NCBI GenBank assembly: GCA_965215275.1
Contig: OZ244044.1
Coordinates: 1,184,001 to 1,248,000, forward strand
Direction of reading: 5' to 3'
DNA length: 64,000 bases
Origin: Thermodesulfobacteriota bacterium
GTDB taxonomy: Bacteria > Desulfobacterota_D > UBA1144 > Nemesobacterales > JAJCZQ01
Both the position numbers and the translations under genes were made by a program. The notes beneath the pieces are model-generated. The model did not search any database. It was not told the DNA's origin and saw only the letters and a list, made by a program, of their open reading frames with translations. This document shows positions 21,147 through 31,200 of this stretch, in pieces; within the stretch, counting starts at the first letter, position 1, and every line of letters starts with the position of its first letter.

Positions 21147-22148
21147 TTAATTAACTCTCTCTCCTCTGATCATCTTAAAAAAGACGGAAAGATGGTCCTT
21201 TGCGCTGCCGAAGTTTGCCAAATAGGAAACGTGTTCCTCCGGCCTTTGAAGATCGACCTCGATCGACCAGAGGGGATCGGTGCCGTTCGGACTGGAAGAA
21301 TACCTTACATCTCCTATCCTGTCCCCGTGTTCTTTTGCCATATATCCCCTGGTGAAAGTGGCAAATCTCTTTATATCGTTATAAACAACTGAGTCTTTAC
21401 TTAAGTCCGGATACTCTTTCTCCATTACAAAGCTCCTGATCGACCTTCCCTGATAAAGCTTTGGCCGGGAAAATGGAAATATCCTGACGCTGTCGACGTG
21501 GTAAACGCCGGAGCTGAGGTAAATACTTCTCCACAGCACGAGATTGGCAAGATTGGGATAGACGAACAGTTTTTCTGCGTTATGTCCACGTAAGGAAACA
21601 ACGTTCAGTAAAAAATCCTCCGCCTGTGCCTTCTGATGCAGACCGAGCAAAAGATAAGAGACGCACAGCAGTACCCCGGCTCTTGCAACCGCTTTTGATC
21701 GCCTGGTAACTGCAAACGTTACAAGCAGCAGCAACAATAAAGTAAAAAACGGGTCCACAACGGAAATATTCCCCAGTGCAAACCTGTAACTGGAAAACGG
21801 CCACAGCAGCTCCGTTCCATAAGCCGTACAAACGTCAAGCAGACAGTGCGTTGCGTAACCGAGAGTAGAATACAAAAGCACAGTGGTGAACTTCATCTTC
21901 TTCTTGAAGATGAGCCAGAAGATCACTGCCATAATAGATCCACCAACGGGTATAAATACAAATGAATGGGTGAACTGCCTGTGGTATTCAAGAAAAAGCA
22001 GCGGGTCTTCAGCCGATCTTATAAGGACGTCCAGGTCCGCTGACATTCCGGAGACCGCACCTATAAGCGTGGCTTTCCCTATCTCCTTTACACCGGAGAC
22101 GCTCTGCGGAAAAATCGCTCCTACCAGTCCCTGGCTTATTGGATCCAT
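21147..22148 (-). CDS. Membrane metal-dependent hydrolase (YdjM family)
   Basis: MDPISQGLVG, DLDV, HRQFTHS, HCLLDVCTAYGT. Confidence 0.88.
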   Translation of the reverse strand: MDPISQGLVGAIFPQSVSGVKEIGKATLIGAVSGMSADLDVLIRSAEDPLLFLEYHRQFTHSFVFIPVGGSIMAVIFWLIFKKKMKFTTVLLYSTLGYATHCLLDVCTAYGTELLWPFSSYRFALGNISVVDPFFTLLLLLLVTFAVTRRSKAVARAGVLLCVSYLLLGLHQKAQAEDFLLNVVSLRGHNAEKLFVYPNLANLVLWRSIYLSSGVYHVDSVRIFPFSRPKLYQGRSIRSFVMEKEYPDLSKDSVVYNDIKRFATFTRGYMAKEHGDRIGDVRYSSSPNGTDPLWSIEVDLQRPEEHVSYLANFGSAKDHLSVFFKMIRGERVN

Positions 22149-22317
22149 AACTGAAAAGGAAATACTCTATATCAGAACTTATAACTTAATTTTCCAGGAA
22201 TATTTTTATATTAATTGGAATAATACTGTAAACGGATAAGATTAACAACGAACAGATGTAAAAGGTCGCTTTGTTAAAGCCGTTACAAATAAGGTTTACA
22301 CGAACAGGAGGTATAAA

Positions 22318-23199
22318 ATGGATATATTTGAAACGATCGGCAACAGGAGAAGCATAAGGTTCTTTAAACCCTGGAAGGAAGTTGAGGACTGGAAGATACA
22401 GATGATGCTGCAGGCTGCAAGACACGCATCGTGTCAGGGTAACTGCGGTTCCACGGAGGCGATCGTGATCGATAAAAAGACCTATCCGAAAAAGAAATTC
22501 GAACAGATCGTGGAATGTGCTTCACCTTTTAACGAAATACAGATCAGACAAGCTCCAGTGGTCATAGCGTGGCTGATAAACCTGGATGCCTGGTACAAAG
22601 AGCTCGTGCAGTCGTTTGCAGTTCTCTTTCCTTCGCGAGCGATCACCGCGGCACACGGCTGGACGTATAAACTGCTTACCGAACAGACCTATCCCAGACT
22701 TATGAGCTTTCCCAAGGACAGAACGGAAGACCTGCTGAGAGTTGAAGCAGGTCAGGCAATGGCACACGCTCTTCTGATGGCAACTGAACTGGGACTTGGA
22801 TGCTGCCTTCTGGCAACGGGAAGAAAACCGGCAGAATTCCCCAAAGTACTTGGCACTCCCGATAACGTTGTGCCTTTATGGTTAATGGCCGTTGGCTACG
22901 CGGCGGAAAATCCAGGACAGAGACCAAGAAAACGTTTTGACAAATTGTTCCATTACAACAAATACGGCAAGGCATATAAGGAAGACAAGGAAGTTAAGGA
23001 AGAACTGACGGCACTTGGAATGATACAGCCAAAAGATCCCCTTCCGGGAAGAGAAGAGGAACTGAAACACGTCTGCAGGATGTTCGGACTTAAGGAAGAT
23101 ATGCCGGATATGCCTAAAAACAGGATCAAAGAGATGTACAAAAAAGACTCTATCTACTATGGTGAGCTACCTCCAGGATTGGAAAAGAAGGGAGTTTAA
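22318..23199 (+). CDS. Nitroreductase-family flavoprotein
   Basis: NRRSIRFF, GQAMAHALLMATELGLGCC, AVGYA; strong AGGAGG SD. Confidence 0.85.
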   Translation: MDIFETIGNRRSIRFFKPWKEVEDWKIQMMLQAARHASCQGNCGSTEAIVIDKKTYPKKKFEQIVECASPFNEIQIRQAPVVIAWLINLDAWYKELVQSFAVLFPSRAITAAHGWTYKLLTEQTYPRLMSFPKDRTEDLLRVEAGQAMAHALLMATELGLGCCLLATGRKPAEFPKVLGTPDNVVPLWLMAVGYAAENPGQRPRKRFDKLFHYNKYGKAYKEDKEVKEELTALGMIQPKDPLPGREEELKHVCRMFGLKEDMPDMPKNRIKEMYKKDSIYYGELPPGLEKKGV

Positions 23200-23302
23200 C
23201 CAGAAGCCGTACAGAAAAACTATGATGCCAAGTACTTAGGGATGTGCGATTTAAGTCACCTTACTTTGTTACTTTGCTAATTCCCGTTAGAATACTGCTG
23301 TA

Positions 23303-23890
23303 ATGAAAAGACAGGCTACCGTTAACAGAAAGACCAAAGAAGTAAAATGTGAGATAGAACTGGACCTGGACGGTTCCGGGAAGTTCGAAATAAAAACAGG
23401 GGTGCCGTTCTTCAGTCACATGCTCGAGCAGTTTGCAAAGCACGGCTATTTTGACCTTAAGATCACAACCGCAGGCGATACGAACGTGGACTTTCATCAC
23501 ACCGTGGAAGATACGGGAATAGCCTTAGGTGAAGCATTTTACAAGGCACTTGGGGACAAAAAAGCTATACGGCGGTTCGCTCATTCCTCAGTGCCGTTCG
23601 ACGAAAGCCTCGTGTGCGTAGCTGTGGACCTGAGCGGCAGACCATATCTTGTATTCAATGGTGATATACCTAAATCAAAGGTAGGGGACTTTGACGTTGA
23701 GCTTGTTGAAGAGTTCTTCAAGTCGTTTGCTCACTCAACGAAATGCAACCTGCACATCGAACTGAAGTACGGAACTAACCTGCATCACAACATTGAAGCT
23801 ATGTTCAAGGCAGTGGGAATAGCTCTGGACGAGGCTACATTGATAGATACACGTTCCAACACCGTTCCTTCCACGAAAGGAAAGCTTTGA
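23303..23890 (+). CDS. hisB: Imidazoleglycerol-phosphate dehydratase
   Basis: FFSHML, DFHHTVED, DLSGRP, NLHHNIEA, PSTKG. Confidence 0.97.
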   Translation: MKRQATVNRKTKEVKCEIELDLDGSGKFEIKTGVPFFSHMLEQFAKHGYFDLKITTAGDTNVDFHHTVEDTGIALGEAFYKALGDKKAIRRFAHSSVPFDESLVCVAVDLSGRPYLVFNGDIPKSKVGDFDVELVEEFFKSFAHSTKCNLHIELKYGTNLHHNIEAMFKAVGIALDEATLIDTRSNTVPSTKGKL

Positions 23891-24513
23891 TGATCGCGAT
23901 AGTTGACTACAAAATGGGCAACTTAAGAAGCGTTCACAAGGCCTTTGAAACCCAGGGATACACTGCCTCGGTCATCAGTGACCCGGATGCGATAGAAAAA
24001 GCCGACGGACTGGTACTGCCGGGCGTGGGAGCGTTCGGAGACTGTCTGAAAAACCTCAGGGAAAAAAATCTGCTTGAACCCATAAAGGACTTTATCTCCT
24101 CAGGCAGACCATTTCTAGGTATCTGCCTTGGCCTGCAGGCCCTGTTCAATGAAAGTGAAGAATCACCGGGAGTAAAGGGGCTCGGCGTATTTAACGGAAA
24201 GGTGATAAAATTCTCCAGCCTTCCGCCAAACGGGCTGAAGGTCCCTCAGATCGGATGGAACCAGGTCGAATTTGATCGTCAGATCGCCGCACTGAAGAAC
24301 GTTCCGCAAAAAAGCTGGTTTTATTTTGTTCACTCATACTACGTTAAGCCAGACGACAAGGACCTCAGCATCGTCAGGTCGGACTATGGCGTCGAATTTA
24401 CCGCAGCAGTTGCAAAAGATAACATCTTTGCATGTCAGTTCCATCCGGAAAAAAGTGGCGAACTCGGGCTTATGATCATCAGAAACTTTGCAGAACTGAC
24501 AAAGGGCGGATAA
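23887..24513 (+). CDS. hisH: Imidazole glycerol phosphate synthase glutaminase subunit
   Basis: VDYKMGNL, LPGVGAF, GICLGLQ, YFVHSY, QFHPEKS. Confidence 0.97.
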   Translation: MMIAIVDYKMGNLRSVHKAFETQGYTASVISDPDAIEKADGLVLPGVGAFGDCLKNLREKNLLEPIKDFISSGRPFLGICLGLQALFNESEESPGVKGLGVFNGKVIKFSSLPPNGLKVPQIGWNQVEFDRQIAALKNVPQKSWFYFVHSYYVKPDDKDLSIVRSDYGVEFTAAVAKDNIFACQFHPEKSGELGLMIIRNFAELTKGG

Positions 24514-24602
24514 ATAACAAGCACTGCGGCCGTCCTTCCAGAACCGTTTACTTTGCTGAAGCCTAATTTATTTCGCTCGTGCGGGCTGTATAATGTTGCT
24601 AC

Positions 24603-25730
24603 ATGAAAAACAAAAACCATCTGATCATTGATTCAAGCGAAGTCAACTCAGACTTTTATTACAAGACGAGATTCTTTGTGCCGGACCCGGTTATTTTTAT
24701 AGACCACGGAGGCATTTCCACTCTGGTCTTAAGCGACCTTGAATACGAACGTGGAAAAAAAGAGGCGAAAGTGGATGAAGTTATCGCCTACTCCGAATGC
24801 GCTGAGGAACTTCGCAAAAAGAACATCAGAAAGATCGGACACCTGGATATAGCTGATCTGGTCTTGAAACAAAAAAGGATCAGGAGTTTGACCGTTCAGA
24901 AACAGTTCCCGCTGCATTACGCAGATGAGCTAAGAAAAAGAGGTTACAAGATCAGAACGGCAAACCATTCCATGCTTTATCCCGAAAGGTTACAAAAATC
25001 TTCTAAAGAACTGCAAAGTATTAAACACTCGATCAAAAGAACGACCGAGGCAATGGATCAGGCGATCTCAACAATATCACGGGCAACCATTAAAAATAAC
25101 CGGCTTTATTTCCAGAAAAGTGCACTTACGGCAGAAAAGGTCAAAGGACTGATCGACAGTTACCTGGCACAAAACGGTTTTACTTCAGTTCATACGATCG
25201 TTGCATGCGGCAGCCACTCACAAATGCCCCACAACACGGGACATGGACAACTATATGCACATAAACCGATAATTATCGATATATTTCCCAAGTCGCAATC
25301 AACGGGATATTTCGGAGATATGACAAGGACCGTCACTAAAGGTAATCCCCCTGAAAAACTGATAGATATGTACAACGCCGTGCTCGAGGGACAAAAACTC
25401 GCAATAAATATGATCAAAAGCGGGATAAAAAGCAGAAATGTCCATTCCAAAATACTGAAACTGTTTGAAAGTAAAGGTTTTAAGACAGAAAACATAGATA
25501 ATAAACCGCAGGGATTTATCCATTCAACTGGTCATGGACTTGGACTCGACATACATGAACCTCCAAGAATTGGCCGCGGGAACGACACGCTCAGGGAAGG
25601 GAACGTCGTCACGGTGGAACCGGGTCTGTACTATGACAAGCTCGGAGGAGTAAGGATCGAAGACGTGGTATACGTTAAAGATAACGGGTGCGAGAATTTA
25701 ACTAAATACAGGAAAAAATTCGTAGTATGA
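24603..25730 (+). CDS. Xaa-Pro aminopeptidase (M24 family)
   Basis: GDMTRT, HSTGHGLGLDIHE, TVEPGLY, GVRIED. Confidence 0.93.
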   Translation: MKNKNHLIIDSSEVNSDFYYKTRFFVPDPVIFIDHGGISTLVLSDLEYERGKKEAKVDEVIAYSECAEELRKKNIRKIGHLDIADLVLKQKRIRSLTVQKQFPLHYADELRKRGYKIRTANHSMLYPERLQKSSKELQSIKHSIKRTTEAMDQAISTISRATIKNNRLYFQKSALTAEKVKGLIDSYLAQNGFTSVHTIVACGSHSQMPHNTGHGQLYAHKPIIIDIFPKSQSTGYFGDMTRTVTKGNPPEKLIDMYNAVLEGQKLAINMIKSGIKSRNVHSKILKLFESKGFKTENIDNKPQGFIHSTGHGLGLDIHEPPRIGRGNDTLREGNVVTVEPGLYYDKLGGVRIEDVVYVKDNGCENLTKYRKKFVV

Positions 25731-25751
25731 TAAACCGCAAGCTAAAACGCC

Positions 25752-26528
25752 ATGACAAAGAAAAATTTTGAAGATCTGGTAAAACTGACAAAACATCTTC
25801 GTGGAGATAAAGGCTGTCCATGGGATAAAGATCAGAATCTGCTTTCCATAAGAAGTTATATGATTGAAGAGGCTCACGAAGCAGTTCAGGCAATAGAGTC
25901 AGGTAATAAAGATGAAATGATCGAAGAACTCGGAGACCTGTTGCATCAGGTGGTTTTTGCCTCTCAAATTGCAAGAGATGAAGGAAAATTTGATATAGAA
26001 GAAGTGGTTGACCAGCTCCACAATAAACTGATCAGGCGTCACCCTCACGTGTTTGGTGAGGAAAGTGCCAACGATGCCGAAGAAGCGGTTAAGACGTGGC
26101 ACAAACAAAAGTTGAAAGAAAAAAACCGTAAAAAAAGTCTGACCGACATGCCAAGGTCCATGCCGGCCCTGCTAAGAGCTCAAAGAGCGGGAGAAAAAGC
26201 ATCTCAGGTCGGCTTTGACTGGAAAAACATCCATGACGTACTGGATAAGGTGAAAGAAGAAATTACTGAAATCGAAGAAGAATTAAAAGAAGGTAGCAGG
26301 GACAAACTTGAAAAAGAATGGGGAGATCTTATATTCGCCGTGGTCAACTTGGCTCGCCATTTAAAAATAGACAGTGAATCCGCGGCACGGCGATCAGTTG
26401 ACAAGTTTATAGACAGGTTTGGAAAAGTAGAAGATATGGCAGATCAGAAAGGAAAAACACTTATGGAAATGACTCCTGAAGAAATGGAGTCATTGTGGAA
26501 AGAGGTAAAGAGCAAGGAAACAAATTAG
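25752..26528 (+). CDS. mazG: Nucleoside triphosphate pyrophosphohydrolase MazG
   Basis: GCPWDKDQ, EELGDLL, KLIRRHPHVF, GFDW, second EWGDL motif. Confidence 0.95.
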   Translation: MTKKNFEDLVKLTKHLRGDKGCPWDKDQNLLSIRSYMIEEAHEAVQAIESGNKDEMIEELGDLLHQVVFASQIARDEGKFDIEEVVDQLHNKLIRRHPHVFGEESANDAEEAVKTWHKQKLKEKNRKKSLTDMPRSMPALLRAQRAGEKASQVGFDWKNIHDVLDKVKEEITEIEEELKEGSRDKLEKEWGDLIFAVVNLARHLKIDSESAARRSVDKFIDRFGKVEDMADQKGKTLMEMTPEEMESLWKEVKSKETN

Positions 26529-26699
26529 AGACGAAATTATCCCATTCGGTTGAAATACAAGGATTTAAATTTAATCCTCACGTCAGATCACCTGACGGAA
26601 ATAAAGGGAACCTGCAAACGATTACAGAAATATTCAAAGATAGAACATTTAAAAGCACAAAAATTATAAGAGAAAAAACAGTTTAAAATAAGACAAGAA

Positions 26700-27908
26700 T
26701 TAATCCTTTTCAATAAGCATTCCCATCAATTTCCACCCTTCATTAATATAAACACCTGTCTTTGCTGCGGAGTCTTCCGTGTAGGCAAACGATTTGTTCT
26801 TCACGTTCATGTCCGATGAATCCACTATGGCAAAAGGCACCGGTTCATTCACGTGGGTCCTGACGTCAATCGGAGTTGGATGGTCGGACATAACAAGTAT
26901 CCTGTAATCTTTATATTTTTTTACACCTTCCAGTGCTCTACCGACAACCCATTTATCAAAATCCTCTATTGCCTGAATTTTTAATTCTGCCTTTCCAACG
27001 TGCCCTGTCTCATCCGTGGATTCAATATGTATCATGGTCAGGTCGACGTTGTTCAACGAATTAAGAGCATAATCAACCTTGCCTTCATAATTAGTGTCCA
27101 GATAGCCCGTGGCACCTGGAACGTCCACTACGGTCATACCAGTGTAATGCCCTATACCCTTGACCAGGTCCACGGCAGAGATCACAGAACCTTTTATACC
27201 ATACATATCCTCAAGTGCCGGCATTTTCGGTGCAGTTCCCTGTCCCCAAAGCCAGATACTGTTGGCAGGGTCTTCTCCTCTTTTTATCCTGTTTATATTT
27301 ACGGGATGATCTTTAAGTATTTGCCATGACCTTTTGATCAACTCGTTCAACTTATCAGACCCTGCACCAGTGGGAAAATAGGTGTTTATTTCCCTGTCCG
27401 ATATATCATGAGGAGGCGTTGTCGTTATATCTGCATTTCCATTTGTCCAAACCAGTAAGTGCCTGTAACTGACGCCCGGATGAAATATCAGTCCGTCCGT
27501 CTCAAGTTCGCTTTTAACATCGGTCAATATCCTGCATGCTTCATCCGTTGAAATATGACCAGCACTGTAGTCCTTCATTACCATTCTGCCCTGTTGCTCT
27601 TTTAAAGTCACTAGGTTGCACCTCAATGTAACGTCTGCAGGCTTCAGATCAATTCCAATGCTTGCCGCCTCCAGAGGTGATCTCCCAGTGTAGTAAACCA
27701 TAGGGTCGTAACCGAGTACGGAAAGGTTGCCAACGTCACTGCCGGGCGGAAGACTGTCAGGAATTGTCCTGGCCATACCAAACACCTCAGCGGTCCGGGC
27801 AACGAGATCAAGGTTCGGTGTATCGGCAACCTCAAGTGGAGTTTTATTTTCCAGATCAGGCAGTCTATGATCGGGCATGCCATCACCTTGCAGGATTATG
27901 TATTTCAT
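26700..27908 (-). CDS. apgM: Cofactor-independent phosphoglycerate mutase (ApgM type)
   Basis: GDGMPD, TPLEVA.TPNLD, PGSDVGNL, GRSPLEAA, HIESTDETGH, SDHPTP. Confidence 0.93.
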   Translation of the reverse strand: MKYIILQGDGMPDHRLPDLENKTPLEVADTPNLDLVARTAEVFGMARTIPDSLPPGSDVGNLSVLGYDPMVYYTGRSPLEAASIGIDLKPADVTLRCNLVTLKEQQGRMVMKDYSAGHISTDEACRILTDVKSELETDGLIFHPGVSYRHLLVWTNGNADITTTPPHDISDREINTYFPTGAGSDKLNELIKRSWQILKDHPVNINRIKRGEDPANSIWLWGQGTAPKMPALEDMYGIKGSVISAVDLVKGIGHYTGMTVVDVPGATGYLDTNYEGKVDYALNSLNNVDLTMIHIESTDETGHVGKAELKIQAIEDFDKWVVGRALEGVKKYKDYRILVMSDHPTPIDVRTHVNEPVPFAIVDSSDMNVKNKSFAYTEDSAAKTGVYINEGWKLMGMLIEKD

Positions 27909-28090
27909 GCAGGTAAGAGATTAAATACTACTGATGAATAATCAAGAACAGTGATTTGAAACTGAATTGATCGGGATATTCTACAAAGAAAATTATTTAC
28001 TATTTCAATTACAGTAAACAAGATAAAAAAGGAAGTAATCCTCACATCCTGAAGAACTTTATCATTGTAATAAAGGAAAGAAGTCCATAC

Positions 28091-28119
28091 TTGACATCCG
28101 TTCATAATACGAGTAAAAT
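28091..28119 (+). promoter_or_regulatory. Strong sigma70 promoter of the S8-like surface protein (TTGACA-N17-TAAAAT)
   Basis: -35 at 28091-28096 and -10 at 28114-28119; ATG at 28129 follows after 9 nt. Confidence 0.75.
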
Positions 28120-28165
28120 ATCAATGTTATGAAAATACCAAACATAAAAACATGTAGTTCCATTA

Positions 28166-28174
28166 CCCCCCCCC
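28166..28174 (+). repeat. Poly-C tract 1 (C9), candidate slipped-strand switch
   Basis: ATTA-CCCCCCCCC-GTG. Confidence 0.85.
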
Positions 28175-28235
28175 GTGTATACCTGAACTTTCAACCTGGT
28201 ATAAGTATTTTGTAAGAACAATGTTTAAGATAATA

Positions 28236-28244
28236 CCCCCCCCC
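28236..28244 (+). repeat. Poly-C tract 2 (C9), candidate slipped-strand switch in the signal-peptide n-region
   Basis: AATA-CCCCCCCCC-ATC. C8 or C11 would put ATG 28221 in frame with the 1336-aa ORF. Confidence 0.85.
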
Positions 28245-28287
28245 ATCTAAGTCATTACTAACGTTAGTCTTATTTCTTCTGATTATT

Positions 28288-31200
28288 ATGGTCATAGCTG
28301 CAAAAGGGCAGAGCAGCCTGGAAGAAACATTATCTGAATGCAGAGGAATCAGTGCAGACACGGAAGATCCGTTATACGGATGTCAGTGGCATCTGAAAAA
28401 TACAGGACAGCTTGGTTTTTCCGGAAAGGAAATAACTGCAGGAGAAGATATAAACATAGAGGGAGTGTGGAACGAAGAGGTATATGGTACAGGAATTAAC
28501 GTAGCAGTAGTAAGCGACGGCATTGACCTTTCACATGAGGACCTTTCTGCAAACGTTCGTTCCGGACCGAACTATGATCATTCAGACAGTTCATCTTTTA
28601 GTGGAACACGAGCGGCAGGAGTTATAGCAGCAACTGGATATAACGGACTGGGAGTAAGAGGAACTGCACCTGGTGCGAGTATATACAGTTACAGGTTATC
28701 CGGTGATCTCAGTGAAGCGGACGCGGTGGTCCGTAATAAGGAAATAACAGCAGTATCGGTTAACGGCCGGGGATCTGAGGACGGAGCTTTTTTTCAGGAG
28801 GCTTCATCTTCCTGGGAAGAAGGAGTGGAACTTGGTATAAAGAAAGGGTTTTATGGTAAAGGAGTGTTTTACGTCCGGGGAGCAGGGGACGGGCATGAAA
28901 GAGGAGATCAGGCTAATTTTAATGAATATTCCAGCTATTACGGAGTAACAGCCGTTTGTTCAACTGACGGTTTTGGAAAAAAGAGTATTTTTTCAGAAGA
29001 GGGAGTAACTCTATGGGTATGTGCACCTGGTTCTGATATTGTAACCACTGATAACAACAACGATTACGTTGTAACTTCCGGAACATTTCTATCAGCTTCA
29101 CAGGTTGGAGGAGTGGCAGCACTGCTGAGAGAGATAAACGACCAGCTGAGCTGGAGGGATATAAAGCTTATACTTGCGGGTTCAGCACGGCAGAACGACG
29201 TTTCTGACCTTAGCTGGGAGACTGGAGCGGTTAAATACGGCTCTGACACGGAAAGATATAAATATAATCCTAAGTATGGTTTTGGTGTGGTTGACGCAGA
29301 AGCAGCCGCAGAACTTGCCAGAAGCTGGAAAGGCGTTGGAGAAATGAGGACCGTTACCGCCTTTTCAGATAAAGAAATAACAATTCCTGATGGAGAAGGA
29401 AATGGAGAAGGAGAGGCAGACGGGGTCCTTGTCTCAAGACTTATTATCCCTGACCTGGAAGAAACAACGTTTACGGAGTTCACAGAAGTTGAACTTGTTC
29501 TCTCGTGTGACTGCTTACAGGACCTTAATATACAGATAACCTCTCCTTCCGGAACAGTATCTGAACTTGTGCGGGAGTTTGTAAGTGGACCTTCGGATGA
29601 AGAAAAAAACTGCGTCAGTTACCTGAGAAGAACACATCGTTTCGGGTCGGCTAAACACCTCGGAGAAGACCCTTCCGGAGAATGGGTCCTTAAAATATCC
29701 GATACTGCTTCCGGAGATACAGAAAATGAAAAAAACACTGTTACCTTACACTCATGGAGCATTAAGGTATACGGGAATTTTTATCAGGAACATGGCAGTG
29801 AGATAAGTGCTAAACATCATGATCTTAGTTTTGGTGGTGCGACAGTTCCGGATCAAATCTACAGAGTAGGAACACAAGTAAACTACAGGTTGCCTAGTGC
29901 AAGTGGAGGGGGTGGTGGACGTACATATAGTTTATCTCCTCGTTTACCTGCTGGATTGGACCGTCAAAACATATTAGTAATAAGAGGAACACCAACTACT
30001 GTAACACCTAATACACTTTATACATTAACTGCTACAGGTTTCAACGGAGATAAGGATAGTCTAACGTTCAATATCACAGTAAAAGAACCTGACACATCAC
30101 CAACCTTTTCAGGAGCAACGGTCCCTGAACAGATATGGACGGAAGGGGTAAGGATACCAACGTTACGTTTTCCTAATGCAACGGGAGGTAACGGAACTTT
30201 AACATACTTTTTAAGTCCTGCGCAGCCAGTTGGTATCAGCAGACAGGACAACAGGTTATTCGGAACACCTACGGAAACTCAAAGAAGATCTCGTTATACA
30301 TGGACAGTCAGAGACAAAGATGATGATGAAGATTCTATTCAGTTCTATATTACTGTAAGAGAGAACGTCCCTACCTTCGGAGGTCAGACAATACCTCAGC
30401 AGAATTATATAGTAGGCAGAACAATACAAAGATTAGTATTTCCTCGTGCAACGGGAGAGGAGCCGTTAACTTACAATTTAGAAGGAGGTCCGACTAATTT
30501 ACCAGGTGGATTGAACTTAGTAAGTAATCCAACAAGTATAATCGGAACACCAACTACAACGGCGGACATTAATTACAGATGGACAGTTACGGACAAAGAT
30601 GGAGATAAGACAGAACTTCCGTTCAGGATGAAGATAAGAACTGCATCTGAAGTACCGGACTTCGGCAGTGAGACGGTAGAAGATCAGGTGTGGGGTAACG
30701 GCAGAGCAGTAACGTTAACTCTGCCTCAGGCAACGGGAGGGGATGGAACTTTAAATTACAGTTTAAGCGGTGTAATACCAAATGGACTTATTTTTAACAG
30801 TAACACCAGAACGTTAAGTGGAACGCTCGACGTTGCTGCTCCAAGTGTATTACCCATAACTCTTTCATATACTTACAAGGTAACTGACTCTGACTCAGAT
30901 GATGACGGGGATTCTGACAGTATTACTTTCTCTATTACTATAGAAACTAACCAAGAACCGAGCTTTGGAGGTCAGTCAATTCCTGATCAGATATATATTC
31001 AAGGGACAACGGTAGGTCTTCCGGTAACGCTTCCTGCTGCCACTGGTGGTAATTCTCCACTTGTTTATAGTATCTCTCCTGCTTTACCTTCTGGATTGAG
31101 CTTTGAGCCTGCTACCAGAGAGATAAGCGGAGCACCAACTAATATTTCGGGTTTGATAACAAATTATACATATAAGGTAACGGACAGTGATGGAGATACG

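Noticed and set aside
26560..26600. Hairpins AGGATT/AATCCT and CGTCAG/CTGACG, plus a 10-bp TAATCCTCAC shared with about 28037
   Set aside because: Short stems without a U-tract, and a 10-bp match is expected by chance; not enough for a terminator or mobile-element call.
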